From an uncultured Acidobacteriota bacterium (GTDB taxonomy: Bacteria > Acidobacteriota > UBA6911 > RPQK01 > JAPXNP01), in assembly GCA_963777605.1 (NCBI GenBank), contig CAVZRV010000031.1, forward strand, positions 384,001-448,000: DNA of 64,000 nt, written 5' to 3'. A program made the translations under genes and the position numbers. Under the pieces are notes generated by a model that had not been told where the DNA came from, did not search any database, and saw only the letters and a list, made by a program, of their open reading frames with translations. This document shows positions 1-9,726 of this stretch, in pieces (position 1 is the stretch's first letter; every line of letters starts with the position of its first letter).

Positions 1-558
1 TTTGAACAGAGTCACTTCACCTCGCCGGCTCGTTCTGTAAAACTACCCCAGTTTGCCCAGGACGCCTGGATTCGGGGCCTCGAACTGAGCGCCATCGCGT
101 CATCGGATGACCACCGGTCGCAACCGGGGCAGTCTCACTGGGGCCTTGCCGCAGTTCAGGCTCGCGACTTGACCCGGGAGGCCGTCTTCGACGCCCTTTA
201 CCAGAGGAAGACCTACGCCACGACCGGCGTGCGGACGCTGTTGGACTTCACCGTCAACGGCACACCCATGGGGCAGCGGGCTCAGACCTCAGATTTGCCC
301 CTGCTCCATTTCGAAGCGCACGGGGAAAGCCCAATCGAAACCGTCGAAATACTGCGGTACAGCCCGTCGGACGGGGCCTTCAAAGTCATTTTCCGGGTAG
401 AACCCAACGCCCTGGATGTAGTGTGGACGGCGCGTGATCACGGTTTTCGGGAGAATTCCATCTACTACCTCCGGTTGAAGGAATCGAAATGGGTCAATGG
501 CCGCCCAAGCATGGCCTGGTCAAGCCCGATTTGGGTTGATCAGGCACACAAGGAGTGA
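1..558 (+). CDS. DUF3604/CehA-McbA-like PHP metallohydrolase, C-terminal part (5' end outside window)
   Basis: Frame open from base 1: ...IASSDDHRSQPG..GLAAVQARDLTREAVFDALYQRKTYATTG...YYLRL..AWSSPIWV, typical of the DUF3604 C-terminus. Confidence 0.75.
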   Translation, partial: FEQSHFTSPARSVKLPQFAQDAWIRGLELSAIASSDDHRSQPGQSHWGLAAVQARDLTREAVFDALYQRKTYATTGVRTLLDFTVNGTPMGQRAQTSDLPLLHFEAHGESPIETVEILRYSPSDGAFKVIFRVEPNALDVVWTARDHGFRENSIYYLRLKESKWVNGRPSMAWSSPIWVDQAHKE

Positions 559-575
559 CTGGCAGCTTCTATGCC

Positions 576-1961
576 TCAAGGCCGCGGCGTTCCTGCGCCT
601 GTCTGAAGGTTTGACGGCCTCGAGTCCTGCGCGAAACGGTTGATGAACTGGATTGCATTCGAGACCCCGTCTTCTGTTTGGATCAACCGGCCAATGCGTT
701 CCACTTTCTCACGAATCGAATCGTTGGTCGTCACTTCGCGAATCGCGGCAGCCAGGTTTCCGACAGTCAGCTTCTTTTGGGCAATTGGCGGAGTTCCGGC
801 GCCGAGATCCTCAATTTTCTTTCCCCAGAACGGTTGATCGCCGAATAGAGGGCAAATGATCGCCGGACGACCCGCTCGCAGTCCTGCCGCGGTCGTTCCG
901 CACCCCCCGTGGTGTACAACTGCGTCTACCTTGGGAAAAAGCCAGTCGTGAGGAGCGGATTCAATCACCAAAACGTCTTTGGATGACTGTGTTAATGCTG
1001 GGGCCAGCCCACCCCACCCGCGGGCAATGATCGCACGGACGCCGGCTTCTTCGACAGCGCGCAAGACGAGTCCGGTCAGTCGGGAGGGGTCACTTCCGAA
1101 TATACTTCCAAACCCGAAGTAGACCGGAGGTTTTCCGCGGGACAGAAAATCTTGCAGTTCCGGTGAAGGATTCCATTCATCGGCAGGATCAAGAAACCAG
1201 TAACCCGTGACGGAGGCTGTCGAAGGCCAATCCGAGGGCTCCGGAATCACCCACTTGCTGAAAGCGTGCAACGCCGGGATCGGCTCACCGTTTGCCCTTT
1301 CCAGATACTTCCCGGCAGACCTTGCAGGAAGCCCGTTCGACAGTCTCCATTCGTTGGCGTATTTTCCGATACCCCACCAGGTTGCCTTCGAGACCACTCG
1401 ATAACTGAATCGATTGAACCAGGGTCCCATATGCAGGTTGGGAATGCCCATCGCTGGGAATTCTCCAGTCGGAACATACAGTGGCAAGTAGAAAGCGAAA
1501 ATGGAGCGCACATCGAGACGTTCCGCGAATTCCCTGGCAAAGAACGCCTTGGGATGGTACAGAATGAGGTCAGGCTTCGAGGCAGTTGTCGCTTCCCAAG
1601 AGTCCCGGATCTGGCGTCGCGCCATTGAACCCATCGAGGGCATCGTTCTGGCCGCGGCCCATAGCGTCTTTACCAGGTTGCCGGCCTTTTCCATTACCAG
1701 CTTTCCCGCTTCCGAATGCATGAACTCGATCAGGTCGTTGTTCAGGTACGCGTATTCGAGTCCATGCGCGGTGACGAAGGGTTTGAATTTGAGTGAGGTA
1801 CAGAGAGTGACTCGATGCCCTGCAGCTGAGAGACCCTTCCCAAGGGCCACATAAGGCTGAACGTCTCCCCGAGTCCCGATTGTGAGAATTAGAATTTTCA
1901 GACGCTCATTCCTTTCGAAATCAGAAGGACGCCCCCGGTCAGCAAGACTATATGAAGGCAA
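576..1961 (-). CDS. GT1 family glycosyltransferase (sterol 3-beta-glucosyltransferase-like); start uncertain
   Basis: GTRGDVQP N-terminal motif; PHDWLFP..VVHHGGCGTTAAGLRAG.P..GDQPFW UDP-sugar binding box. Confidence 0.9.
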   Translation of the reverse strand: MPSYSLADRGRPSDFERNERLKILILTIGTRGDVQPYVALGKGLSAAGHRVTLCTSLKFKPFVTAHGLEYAYLNNDLIEFMHSEAGKLVMEKAGNLVKTLWAAARTMPSMGSMARRQIRDSWEATTASKPDLILYHPKAFFAREFAERLDVRSIFAFYLPLYVPTGEFPAMGIPNLHMGPWFNRFSYRVVSKATWWGIGKYANEWRLSNGLPARSAGKYLERANGEPIPALHAFSKWVIPEPSDWPSTASVTGYWFLDPADEWNPSPELQDFLSRGKPPVYFGFGSIFGSDPSRLTGLVLRAVEEAGVRAIIARGWGGLAPALTQSSKDVLVIESAPHDWLFPKVDAVVHHGGCGTTAAGLRAGRPAIICPLFGDQPFWGKKIEDLGAGTPPIAQKKLTVGNLAAAIREVTTNDSIREKVERIGRLIQTEDGVSNAIQFINRFAQDSRPSNLQTGAGTPRP

Positions 1962-2093
1962 TCACGGGTCGTCAATCACCGGAAGGAGCGCGGGGGATCG
2001 ATCCGATGATCCAAGATCGACGGTTTCGTCTCTAGAGTTGCAGCGGCGCAACTGAGATGGTTCGATAGGAGTGACAAGAAAGGATCCACGCAC

Positions 2094-3158
2094 ATGAAGT
2101 ATCGCTATCTCGGCAACTCAGGACTACTCGTTTCCCGAATCTGCCTCGGCACGATGACTTACGGCATGGAGGGTTGGGGCTGCGACCGCACCGAGTCGAT
2201 CGCCATAACTCACAAGTTTCTGGACAACGGTGGAAATTTCATCGATACGGCGGACATGTACAGTGCCGGAGTTTCGGAAGAGTACCTCGGTGAAGCGATC
2301 AAAGAGGTGAAGCGGGACGACCTGGTGCTGGCAACCAAGTGTTGGTTCAGGATGAACGACTCAGCGAATGCCAAGGGTCTGTCACGAAAACACATTTTGG
2401 AGGCTGCCGAAGCCAGCTTGCGACGCCTTGGAACTGACTATATCGACCTCTATCAGGTCCACGGGCCTGACCCGTTTACTCCCCTTGAGGAAACGCTTCG
2501 CGCCCTTGACGACCTGATTCGCAGCGGGAAGGTCCGCTACGTCGGTTGCAGCAATTACTTCGGATGGCAGATCGCAAGAGCCGCCGGCTTGGCCGAACAC
2601 CTCGGGCTGACCCGATTCGTCAGCAGCCAGCACATGTACAACCTGCTTCGTCGGGACGTTGAGAGGGAGATCCTCCCGGCCTGCGCGAGTGAAGGTTTGG
2701 GAATGATTTGCTGGAGTCCGCTTGCCGGGGGAATGTTGACGGGCAAATATGTCGGCCAAGAGGAACCTCCTCCCGACTCCAGGGTCGGGTTGAGAGCCGA
2801 GATCGACCTCCCCAGGTACTGGAACGAAGAGAGCTTCCGAATCATCCGGGAAGTGATGGATATTGCGAAGTCGGAAGGACGGACTCCGGCTCAGGTTGCA
2901 CTTTCCTGGCTCCTCCAGGATCGCCGGGTCACGTCGGTAATCGTGGGAGCGCGCACTGTCTCGCAACTCGCAGACAGCCTGGTCGCCGGAGATTGGGATC
3001 TCTCCAGCGACCAGTATGAGACGCTCTCAGAGGTCGTTCCGTTTTCGGCGGGTTACCCCCAGGACTGGATTGAACTCGCCTGGGGAAACATCGCCGGGCG
3101 GGAAGAGTTTCCGCCCTGGTCCGCAACTATTGGGCCGAAATCTCGCCCTCCGCGATGA
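2094..3158 (+). CDS. Aldo/keto reductase
   Basis: LGNSGLLVSRICLGTMT, IDTADMY, LGTDYIDLYQVH, GKVRYVGCSN, WSPLAGG; AAGGA RBS upstream. Confidence 0.95.
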   Translation: MKYRYLGNSGLLVSRICLGTMTYGMEGWGCDRTESIAITHKFLDNGGNFIDTADMYSAGVSEEYLGEAIKEVKRDDLVLATKCWFRMNDSANAKGLSRKHILEAAEASLRRLGTDYIDLYQVHGPDPFTPLEETLRALDDLIRSGKVRYVGCSNYFGWQIARAAGLAEHLGLTRFVSSQHMYNLLRRDVEREILPACASEGLGMICWSPLAGGMLTGKYVGQEEPPPDSRVGLRAEIDLPRYWNEESFRIIREVMDIAKSEGRTPAQVALSWLLQDRRVTSVIVGARTVSQLADSLVAGDWDLSSDQYETLSEVVPFSAGYPQDWIELAWGNIAGREEFPPWSATIGPKSRPPR

Positions 3159-4632
3159 TGATCTCGACGCGGCGGTTCTTCTGGCGCCCCGAGGCGGTCG
3201 AATTATCGGCCACCGGACGTTCCATCCCATACCCTTCAGTCTGGATTCGGGATGCGTCCACGCCCTGAGTTGACAGAAGATTGGCGACAGACGATGCCCG
3301 TTCTCGAGAGAGCCTGAGGTTGAATTCAGCCGAACCGGTGGAATCGGTGTGCCCCTCCACCCGGACGTTCAAATCGGTCATCATGAGCAGGATGCCAGCC
3401 AACTTGGCGAGAACAATCTGGGCATCCGGCTTGAGGGTAGCCTTCCCGACGTCGAAGAGGATGTCGGGAAGGTTTACGATGTAACCTCTGGCGGAATCTC
3501 TAGTATCGGCAACCTTGGAAAGAGCGCCCTGGAGTCGACCCTGCAGAGTTTCCTTCTCGGTTTCCAGGTCCTTCATCGACGCCCGCATTTGCTGGATAGA
3601 CGCCTGCATCTGCTGCATCGACTTGGCGGCTTCCTCCTGCTGACGCCGGAGGTTACCCAGTTCTCCTTCGAGTTGAGATCGCTGATCCTGAAGATTCTCA
3701 ACCTGCGAGGTCGCATCTTTGAGACTGGCCATGGTCTCTTCCCGTTCCCGGGTTGTCTGAGCCAGCTGTTCCTCTGCCTCTTTGGCGCGGGATTCGAGCG
3801 ACTCCATTTTCGCCTGTCGCTCAGCAATCTGCTTCTCCAATTCTTCAAACGCGATCTGGCGTTTGGTCACCCGAATCGCCTCGTTCGAAGATGCCACCGA
3901 ACTCCGAGAGTAACGCTGTGCCCCGTCCTTACGGTTCCGTTCGTACATCTGTGTCGCCTGAATAAGGGCGATCTGGGCCTGCCGGTAAAGGGAAGCGGCA
4001 TAGTGCTCGGCGTTCAGACCCTTGGCAAGATCAAACACCCGTTCCGCCTGAACCAGTTCGAGGGGTTTCTTGCCGTCATACTTGACGTCGCCAACCGATT
4101 CGATCCCATACTTGGGCGCCGGACCGAGGTCATTGAAAACCACCGCATCGGCCATAACTGGCGGGTCTGCCTTGGGAGCATTCGAGAAAACGACCAACTC
4201 GGAAGGTCCGTCAACCTGGTAATAGGATTCCGCTGTAACAAGCACAGCGAAATTCCGCAATCCGGTCGAGAACTCGAGAGTTTGACCGCCTCCACCCGAA
4301 TCAACCGTCAACTCTCCCAGGTTCTGAGCTGCACCATCTCGATTAACTGCCCAGACGACGTAGCAGGTGACATCGCCTCCAAATAGGACAGCCGGTTTCA
4401 AGTTCTGGAACTTCAGTTCAATCCAGGACTGCCCGTTTTCGATTTTGACTTTGCCTTCCATCCGGGCACCGCCCACTCGTCGTGTGGGAAGCATGTCGAA
4501 CTTGACGTCACGCTTCTCATCAAACCTGAGGGCCTGCAGCGTAATGGAATCCGCAGCGAACATGCTCGAGGCAACAGCAATCATCTGAAATACGAAGAAT
4601 GCGATAAGGCTCTTCTTTAAATAAGTCACCAT
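3127..4632 (-). CDS. OmpA-family protein with signal peptide and long coiled coil
   Basis: C-terminal DILFDVGKATL..VEGHTDSTGS..N.RLS..RA..GYG..PVADN..GRQKNRRVEI; heptad-rich middle. Confidence 0.9.
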   Translation of the reverse strand: MVTYLKKSLIAFFVFQMIAVASSMFAADSITLQALRFDEKRDVKFDMLPTRRVGGARMEGKVKIENGQSWIELKFQNLKPAVLFGGDVTCYVVWAVNRDGAAQNLGELTVDSGGGGQTLEFSTGLRNFAVLVTAESYYQVDGPSELVVFSNAPKADPPVMADAVVFNDLGPAPKYGIESVGDVKYDGKKPLELVQAERVFDLAKGLNAEHYAASLYRQAQIALIQATQMYERNRKDGAQRYSRSSVASSNEAIRVTKRQIAFEELEKQIAERQAKMESLESRAKEAEEQLAQTTREREETMASLKDATSQVENLQDQRSQLEGELGNLRRQQEEAAKSMQQMQASIQQMRASMKDLETEKETLQGRLQGALSKVADTRDSARGYIVNLPDILFDVGKATLKPDAQIVLAKLAGILLMMTDLNVRVEGHTDSTGSAEFNLRLSRERASSVANLLSTQGVDASRIQTEGYGMERPVADNSTASGRQKNRRVEIIIAEGEISAQ

Positions 4633-4747
4633 GGTAATTCCTCTCTAGTCGCCGGCTGAACACATCAGCCAAGCGCACCGATAGAATACGTGTCCAATGC
4701 GACTACGGATTCACACCGGAAGCAACTGGATTTCAGCTGTTGCCGCA

Positions 4748-5075
4748 TAACCTGAAACTCATTTGGGATGAGTTCCTGTTTCCTGGTTTCTCGTTCCTGG
4801 AGGGAGAGTAATCCAGGCAGTCCTGCCTGGTATGGCGGCCGGGCAGCTTGCCCGGCGGAAGTGAACATTCTCAATCCAGGATTCTTGATTTCCGGTTTGT
4901 TCTGAAACGCCGCACCGGACTGAATCGCACTTTCAGTGCTGCATTGCCGTCTCGGCTCCCATTCCCGGGGCGTTGCCGCCGGGCTGAAAATGACCCTGCG
5001 CCGTTGGCGCGCTCATCTGGCGATGCTTCACCGGTTTCACTCTGCGGATGATCTCCACAGCGCCAAGGGGCGGAA
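4748..5075 (-). repeat. Dispersed ~330 bp hairpin-rich intergenic element, copy 1
   Basis: Reverse complement aligns nearly full length with 15335-15663 and, at both ends, with 52136-52418. Confidence 0.9.
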
Positions 5076-5145
5076 CTGACTTGCTTGCCGGGAAATCCGG
5101 GAGCAACCAATTGCCGGTTGCTCCCGCCAGTCTCAGGACGCAATC

Positions 5146-5331
5146 TCAACTGCCCAACGATTCGGATAGTTGAGAGACAACCTTGTTGAGCACATCCTCC
5201 TGGGCCCTCAGTTTTTCGCGAAAATCCATGAGGTCGGTTGCGGATATTTCCATCCGCAGATCGGACAGGTAACCGTTCAATACCTCTTTCAGGACCGCAG
5301 CGTCCTCGGGTGACAACTTGAGTTCGATCAT
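5146..5331 (-). CDS. Small hypothetical protein (61 aa) translationally coupled to the pyrophosphatase
   Basis: MIELKLSPEDAAVLKEVLNGYLSDLRMEISATD...; ATG overlaps the upstream TGA (ATGA) with GGAGA RBS. Confidence 0.75.
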   Translation of the reverse strand: MIELKLSPEDAAVLKEVLNGYLSDLRMEISATDLMDFREKLRAQEDVLNKVVSQLSESLGS

Positions 5332-7805
5332 GACTTCTCCTCTCCTGATTCTGCCTCCTCGCCAATTCGCATGGTGTAAAACGACCGATAGACGAACACC
5401 AAAGCAACGGCGAGAAAAGCGCATCCGAGCACCGTTTTCACGACTTGCGATTGCATTGTGACGGCAATTTCCGTCGCCAGCAACCCGAAAAGGGTCGTGA
5501 ACTTGATCACGGGGTTCATGGATACCGACGAGGTGTCCTTGAAGGGATCGCCCACCGTGTCTCCGACCACCGTCGCTTCGTGCAGCGGCGTATTCTTCTC
5601 CTTGAGGTCCACTTCGACGATCTTCTTGGCATTATCCCAGGCACCACCGGCGTTGGCCATGAAGATGGCCTGAAAAAGGCCGAAAAAGGCGATTCCGATC
5701 AGGTACCCGATGAAGAAGTAGGGGTTAAAGAAGGAGAAAGCCAAGGCGAAGAAGAAGATGACGATGAAAATGTTGATCATTCCCCGCTGGGCATAAATGG
5801 TGCAGATCCGCACGACCTCCTTGCTATCCTGGATTGACGCTGCTTCGGAAGTTTTCAGGTTGATGTTCTGCTTGATAAAGACGACCGCTCGATAGGCACC
5901 TGTAACGACAGCCTGGGTGGAAGCCCCGGTGAACCAGTAAATGACGGCCCCTCCCGCAATCAGTCCCAACACGACCTCGGGCTGAACCAGGCTCAGCTTG
6001 GCCACCGCCCCGCCGAACATTCGCTCCAGCAGGATGATGATGCCGAAGACCATCGTTGTCGCCCCCACAACGGCCGTCCCGATCAGGACCGGCTTCGCCG
6101 TCGCCTTGAAGGTGTTCCCCGCCCCGTCGGCCAACTCCAGGTAGTCCTTGGCTCTGTCGAAATCGGGCTCAAATCCGAACTGCGAGCGGATCTCTGCAGA
6201 GACATTCGGGACCCTTTCGATCATGGACAGTTCGTAAATCGACTGGGCGTTGTCCGACACGGGCCCAAAACTGTCCACGGCGATCGTGACCGGTCCCATC
6301 CCGAGAAATCCGAAGGCAACCAGACCGAATGCAAACACCGGAGCGGCAAAGGCAAGCTCCGCGGGCATCAATGCCTGGATCGACGGATGGAGAGAAACCA
6401 GATAGGCCGTCAGCATGAGGAGCAGAATGACCATCCCTTCCCAGAAGGCCGAGAAGTTGCCGGCAACGAATCCGGACAGGATATCCAGCGACGCCCCGCC
6501 TTGACGCGCCGAGTAGGTCACTTCGCGAACATGCCGGGAATGAGTACTGGTGAAAACCTTGGTGAACTCCGGGATCACGGCCCCGGCAACAGTACCGCAA
6601 CTGATGATAATGGACAGGGTCCACCAGAGCGCTTCGTATCGAGGGTCGGACAGGTGCGAGAGCAGGGTGTAACTGGCGGCGAAAGTCACCAGGATCGAAA
6701 TGGCCGAGGTCAGCCAGACCAGACTGGTCAAGGGCAGTTCGAAATTGAACTCTGTCCGGTCTCCAAAAACCGACTCGGTCGCCCAGTGGTTGATGAAATA
6801 GGAGCAGAACGATGTCACGATCATGAGGATGCGCATCACGAAAATCCAGATGATCAGCGTTCCCGCCATTTCGGGACTCGTTGCCAGCGCCAGTGCGAGA
6901 AACGCGATCAGCGCCACCCCGGTTACTCCGTAGGTCTCGAAACCATCGGCCGTCGGTCCGACGCTGTCGCCCGCGTTGTCGCCGGTGCAGTCGGCAATCA
7001 CCCCCGGGTTTCGAGGGTCATCCTCGGGCAGGTGAAAGACGATCTTCATCAGATCGGAGCCGATATCAGCGATTTTTGTGAAGATGCCGCCACAAATCCG
7101 CAATGCGCTGGCTCCCAGGGACTCCCCGATGGCGAAGCCGACAAAACAGGAACCAATCAACTCCTGGGGTATGAATACGAGGATGCAGATCATGAAGAAC
7201 AGTTCGACGCTGACCAGGAGCAATCCGACACTCATTCCGGATCGGAGCGGGATGCTCACCACATCGAACGGCCGCCCGCGCAAGGAGGCGAAAGCAGTTC
7301 TCGAGTTGGCCCGGGTGTTGATCCGCATCCCAAACCAGGCGACTCCGTAGGAGCCCAGAATCCCCAGAATGGAACAGACGAGGATAATCACCACGCTGAG
7401 GAAAGGAGCCTCCTGCAGGCCGGCAAAGTAGTAGATCATGCAAACGGCGATCAAAACCCAGAGAATAACCAGGAACTTCCCCTGCTGAATCAGGTAGGAC
7501 TTGCAGGTTTCCCAGATCAGGTTCGACACGTCCAGCATGGAGCGATGAGCCGGCAGGGCCGTCGTTTGCTGGTATTGGATGAGCCCGAACAGCAGTCCCA
7601 GCACGCACACCACCAGGCCGCCGTACATCAATCCGAGACCGCTGACCGGTGAACCCAGGATTCTGAACTGGACTTGAGTGAGATTGGGAAGGAGAATGTC
7701 GGCCTCTCCGGCGGAGACTCGAGGGGCGGCTGCCATCACGAGCAAGAGGAGACCACCAAACAGGACCAGGGACCACGCACGAACGTTTCGGATCGCTTTG
7801 AGCAT
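5328..7805 (-). CDS. hppA: Membrane-bound H+-translocating pyrophosphatase, K+-independent/divergent type
   Basis: GGIFTKIADIGSDL, EDDPRNPGVIADCTGDNAGD, GNTFKA (Lys at the K+ determinant), GGAWDNAKK, GDTVGDPFKDTS; many TM helices; GGAGG RBS. Confidence 0.93.
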   Translation of the reverse strand: MLKAIRNVRAWSLVLFGGLLLLVMAAAPRVSAGEADILLPNLTQVQFRILGSPVSGLGLMYGGLVVCVLGLLFGLIQYQQTTALPAHRSMLDVSNLIWETCKSYLIQQGKFLVILWVLIAVCMIYYFAGLQEAPFLSVVIILVCSILGILGSYGVAWFGMRINTRANSRTAFASLRGRPFDVVSIPLRSGMSVGLLLVSVELFFMICILVFIPQELIGSCFVGFAIGESLGASALRICGGIFTKIADIGSDLMKIVFHLPEDDPRNPGVIADCTGDNAGDSVGPTADGFETYGVTGVALIAFLALALATSPEMAGTLIIWIFVMRILMIVTSFCSYFINHWATESVFGDRTEFNFELPLTSLVWLTSAISILVTFAASYTLLSHLSDPRYEALWWTLSIIISCGTVAGAVIPEFTKVFTSTHSRHVREVTYSARQGGASLDILSGFVAGNFSAFWEGMVILLLMLTAYLVSLHPSIQALMPAELAFAAPVFAFGLVAFGFLGMGPVTIAVDSFGPVSDNAQSIYELSMIERVPNVSAEIRSQFGFEPDFDRAKDYLELADGAGNTFKATAKPVLIGTAVVGATTMVFGIIILLERMFGGAVAKLSLVQPEVVLGLIAGGAVIYWFTGASTQAVVTGAYRAVVFIKQNINLKTSEAASIQDSKEVVRICTIYAQRGMINIFIVIFFFALAFSFFNPYFFIGYLIGIAFFGLFQAIFMANAGGAWDNAKKIVEVDLKEKNTPLHEATVVGDTVGDPFKDTSSVSMNPVIKFTTLFGLLATEIAVTMQSQVVKTVLGCAFLAVALVFVYRSFYTMRIGEEAESGEEKS

Positions 7806-8142
7806 CGCAGACCTCCTGTGGAGAAAACGTTACGCCACTCGAATCGGTCATTCGCGATGCTATGCCCGGGCAGATCAGGGGTCAAGGAGAGTCTCAGGGG
7901 GATGTCATTCTGCCCGATCATTCCGGAACCGGGTTCCGGGAGGAAGCCGTCGGGGTCCGTCCCCACCGTGCCACCGTTGTCGTCTCCGTCGTTCTCGGTT
8001 GACAGTTCGGATTTCAAACTTCGGTTCCGGGCTTCGAGCTCGTCGTTCGAATGCGGGTCAAAAGGCGGGGCTGTGAGCAAGGCGCTCACGGCGGTCCGAA
8101 GGCGTCACGCGGCCGGAGCAATGGGGGATCCGGACGATTCAT

Positions 8143-8174
8143 ATTGGGGTGGCCCCCAAAAAGGCCACCCCAAT
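8143..8174 (-). terminator. Hairpin just downstream of the CHRD gene (terminator or REP-like palindrome)
   Basis: ATTGGGGTGGCC-CCCAAAAA-GGCCACCCCAAT 12-bp inverted repeat. Confidence 0.5.
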
Positions 8175-8197
8175 TTCAGATTGCCGTCGAGTGATCG

Positions 8198-9288
8198 TTA
8201 CTCGGCGCGGGTGAACTGCACGGTGGTGAACTGGCCTGGTTGACCCTGCTGCACTCCCACACCAGTGAAGACAGCGGCTGGTCCCAAGCGCTTCCACCTT
8301 CAGCACGCCCGTAAACGGCGCGTCACCGAGGCTGAAAATCTCATCGACAAAGCGGGCCAGTTGGCCGTTGCCCGGAATCCAGTAGGGTGATCTGCCCATC
8401 CAGCGATTCCGTCGGAAGTATAAACGGACAACTCTACGTTCATGCCGTCCGGGTCGGGGTTGGTCAGAGCAACCGCGGTCCGAACTCCCGTCGGGTCGGT
8501 GTTGACCGGAATTACGCCGATGTGCAGGGCCGGAGACGGAGAAATGCCCGTGATCAGATCGCCGCAGACTGAAGACCACGCTGGCGCCGACATTCCGGTC
8601 GGAAGTCACGCGAGCCGTTCCGGCAACCGGAGTTTCACCGTCCGGGCTGCTGGAATAGGACCACGATCCATAACCGGGAACCTCCAGCGTCTCCGACGGC
8701 AGGAACTCAGCCCCATCCGGGTCGAAGAAGTCGATCACGGCAGAGGCGGTCGTGGCGGACGTGTTGAAGACCACGATGTCAGACGTCAGTCCGCCGCCGG
8801 CTCCGAACTGCGAGAAGAACAGCTCGTGAGACGGAGCCGGGATGTTGCCCCGAATCTCGCCTCCCGGGTAATCGGCCGTATGGACATTGACGTAAAGAGA
8901 GCCGGAACGCAGCAGGTTCAAGAACTCCTCGAAGTTCGCTCCGGTCACTCCCAAGCTATCGTCCTTCTGCTCCTGCAGGGTCGCTTCAGAGACAGTCAAA
9001 GTGAAGGTCGTCGCCGAGTTCGAGGAAGAAGACGATCGGACCGTTTGTACCAGGGACACCCTGGTGAATGTGCGCTGCAGTTGCCATGGCATCATGATCG
9101 CAACTGATCGTATACTCAGTTTCACTAGCGTTCAGATACGCGCTGCAGCTGCCGTTTGCAGCTGTGCTCACAGGAGGAACCACGTTGTCACCGGAGAGTT
9201 CAAAGTTCGCCGTCTGGGCACTAAGACCAACCACGAAAAAGCCAGCCAGCAAGAATGCAATAGCGACTGTTGAAATGCGTTTTCCCAC
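8198..9288 (-). pseudogene. Secreted CHRD-domain protein split by several frameshifts
   Basis: Signal peptide + LSGDNVVPPVST..AAHIHQG..GPIV (ORF 8986-9288) continues in another frame as LYVNVHTADYPGGEIRG (8139-9125), then TAVALTNP (8300-8593), GQLARFVDEIF and QFTTVQFTRAE*. Confidence 0.8.
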
Positions 9289-9427
9289 TTTCCGAATCCT
9301 TTCTTAATTGCCTGTACAGAAATCAACCCTAAGCTGGAATAAACACGGCCATAAATTGCCGGTTCTTGATTCCCTGCTGCCACTCGATTCCCGTCAATCA
9401 AAAATCCCCTCTTAATGAACCAAAACC

Positions 9428-9454
9428 CCGCTGGGCATGATTCATGCCCAGCGG
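9428..9454. repeat. Perfect 13-bp inverted repeat
   Basis: CCGCTGGGCATGA-T-TCATGCCCAGCGG in a divergent intergenic region. Confidence 0.7.
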
Positions 9455-9726
9455 AGCGAATCCCAGCCACTCGGAGTGGAGTCGGAAGTCAACTGGGCAA
9501 CTGATCATAACAGTTCCGTCTCGGCGGTTGCCAGAAAAATCACCACTACAAAGAACTTTATTCCCAAGTCAATGAAGTGTTTCACGAATTCCAGGCCCGA
9601 CGTTCTCGGCCAGCCTGGATAGCGCAAGACTCGAAGCTTTCCTGGCAGCCCGCGATTCTCCCCATTGTCATTCGGGCCGATTTCTCTTAGTCTCCTTGGC
9701 ACACAATTTAGAAAGGGAGTAATTCA

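Noticed and set aside
3349-4386. Long antisense or alternative-frame ORFs (e.g. 3349-4386, 6387-7652, 20198-21625, 34680-35954, 49089-50429)
   Set aside because: Shadow ORFs opposite well-supported genes, expected with high-GC codon bias; no motifs
4665-4874. Recurring peptide AGQAARPPYQAGLPGLLSLQ in ORFs at 4665-4874, 15192-15983 and 52259-52672
   Set aside because: A by-product of the DNA repeat: starts, lengths and flanking frames are not shared among copies and the sequence is hairpin-constrained
7736-8089. ORF upstream of hppA
   Set aside because: Low-complexity, overlaps the hppA start, no motif; likely non-coding
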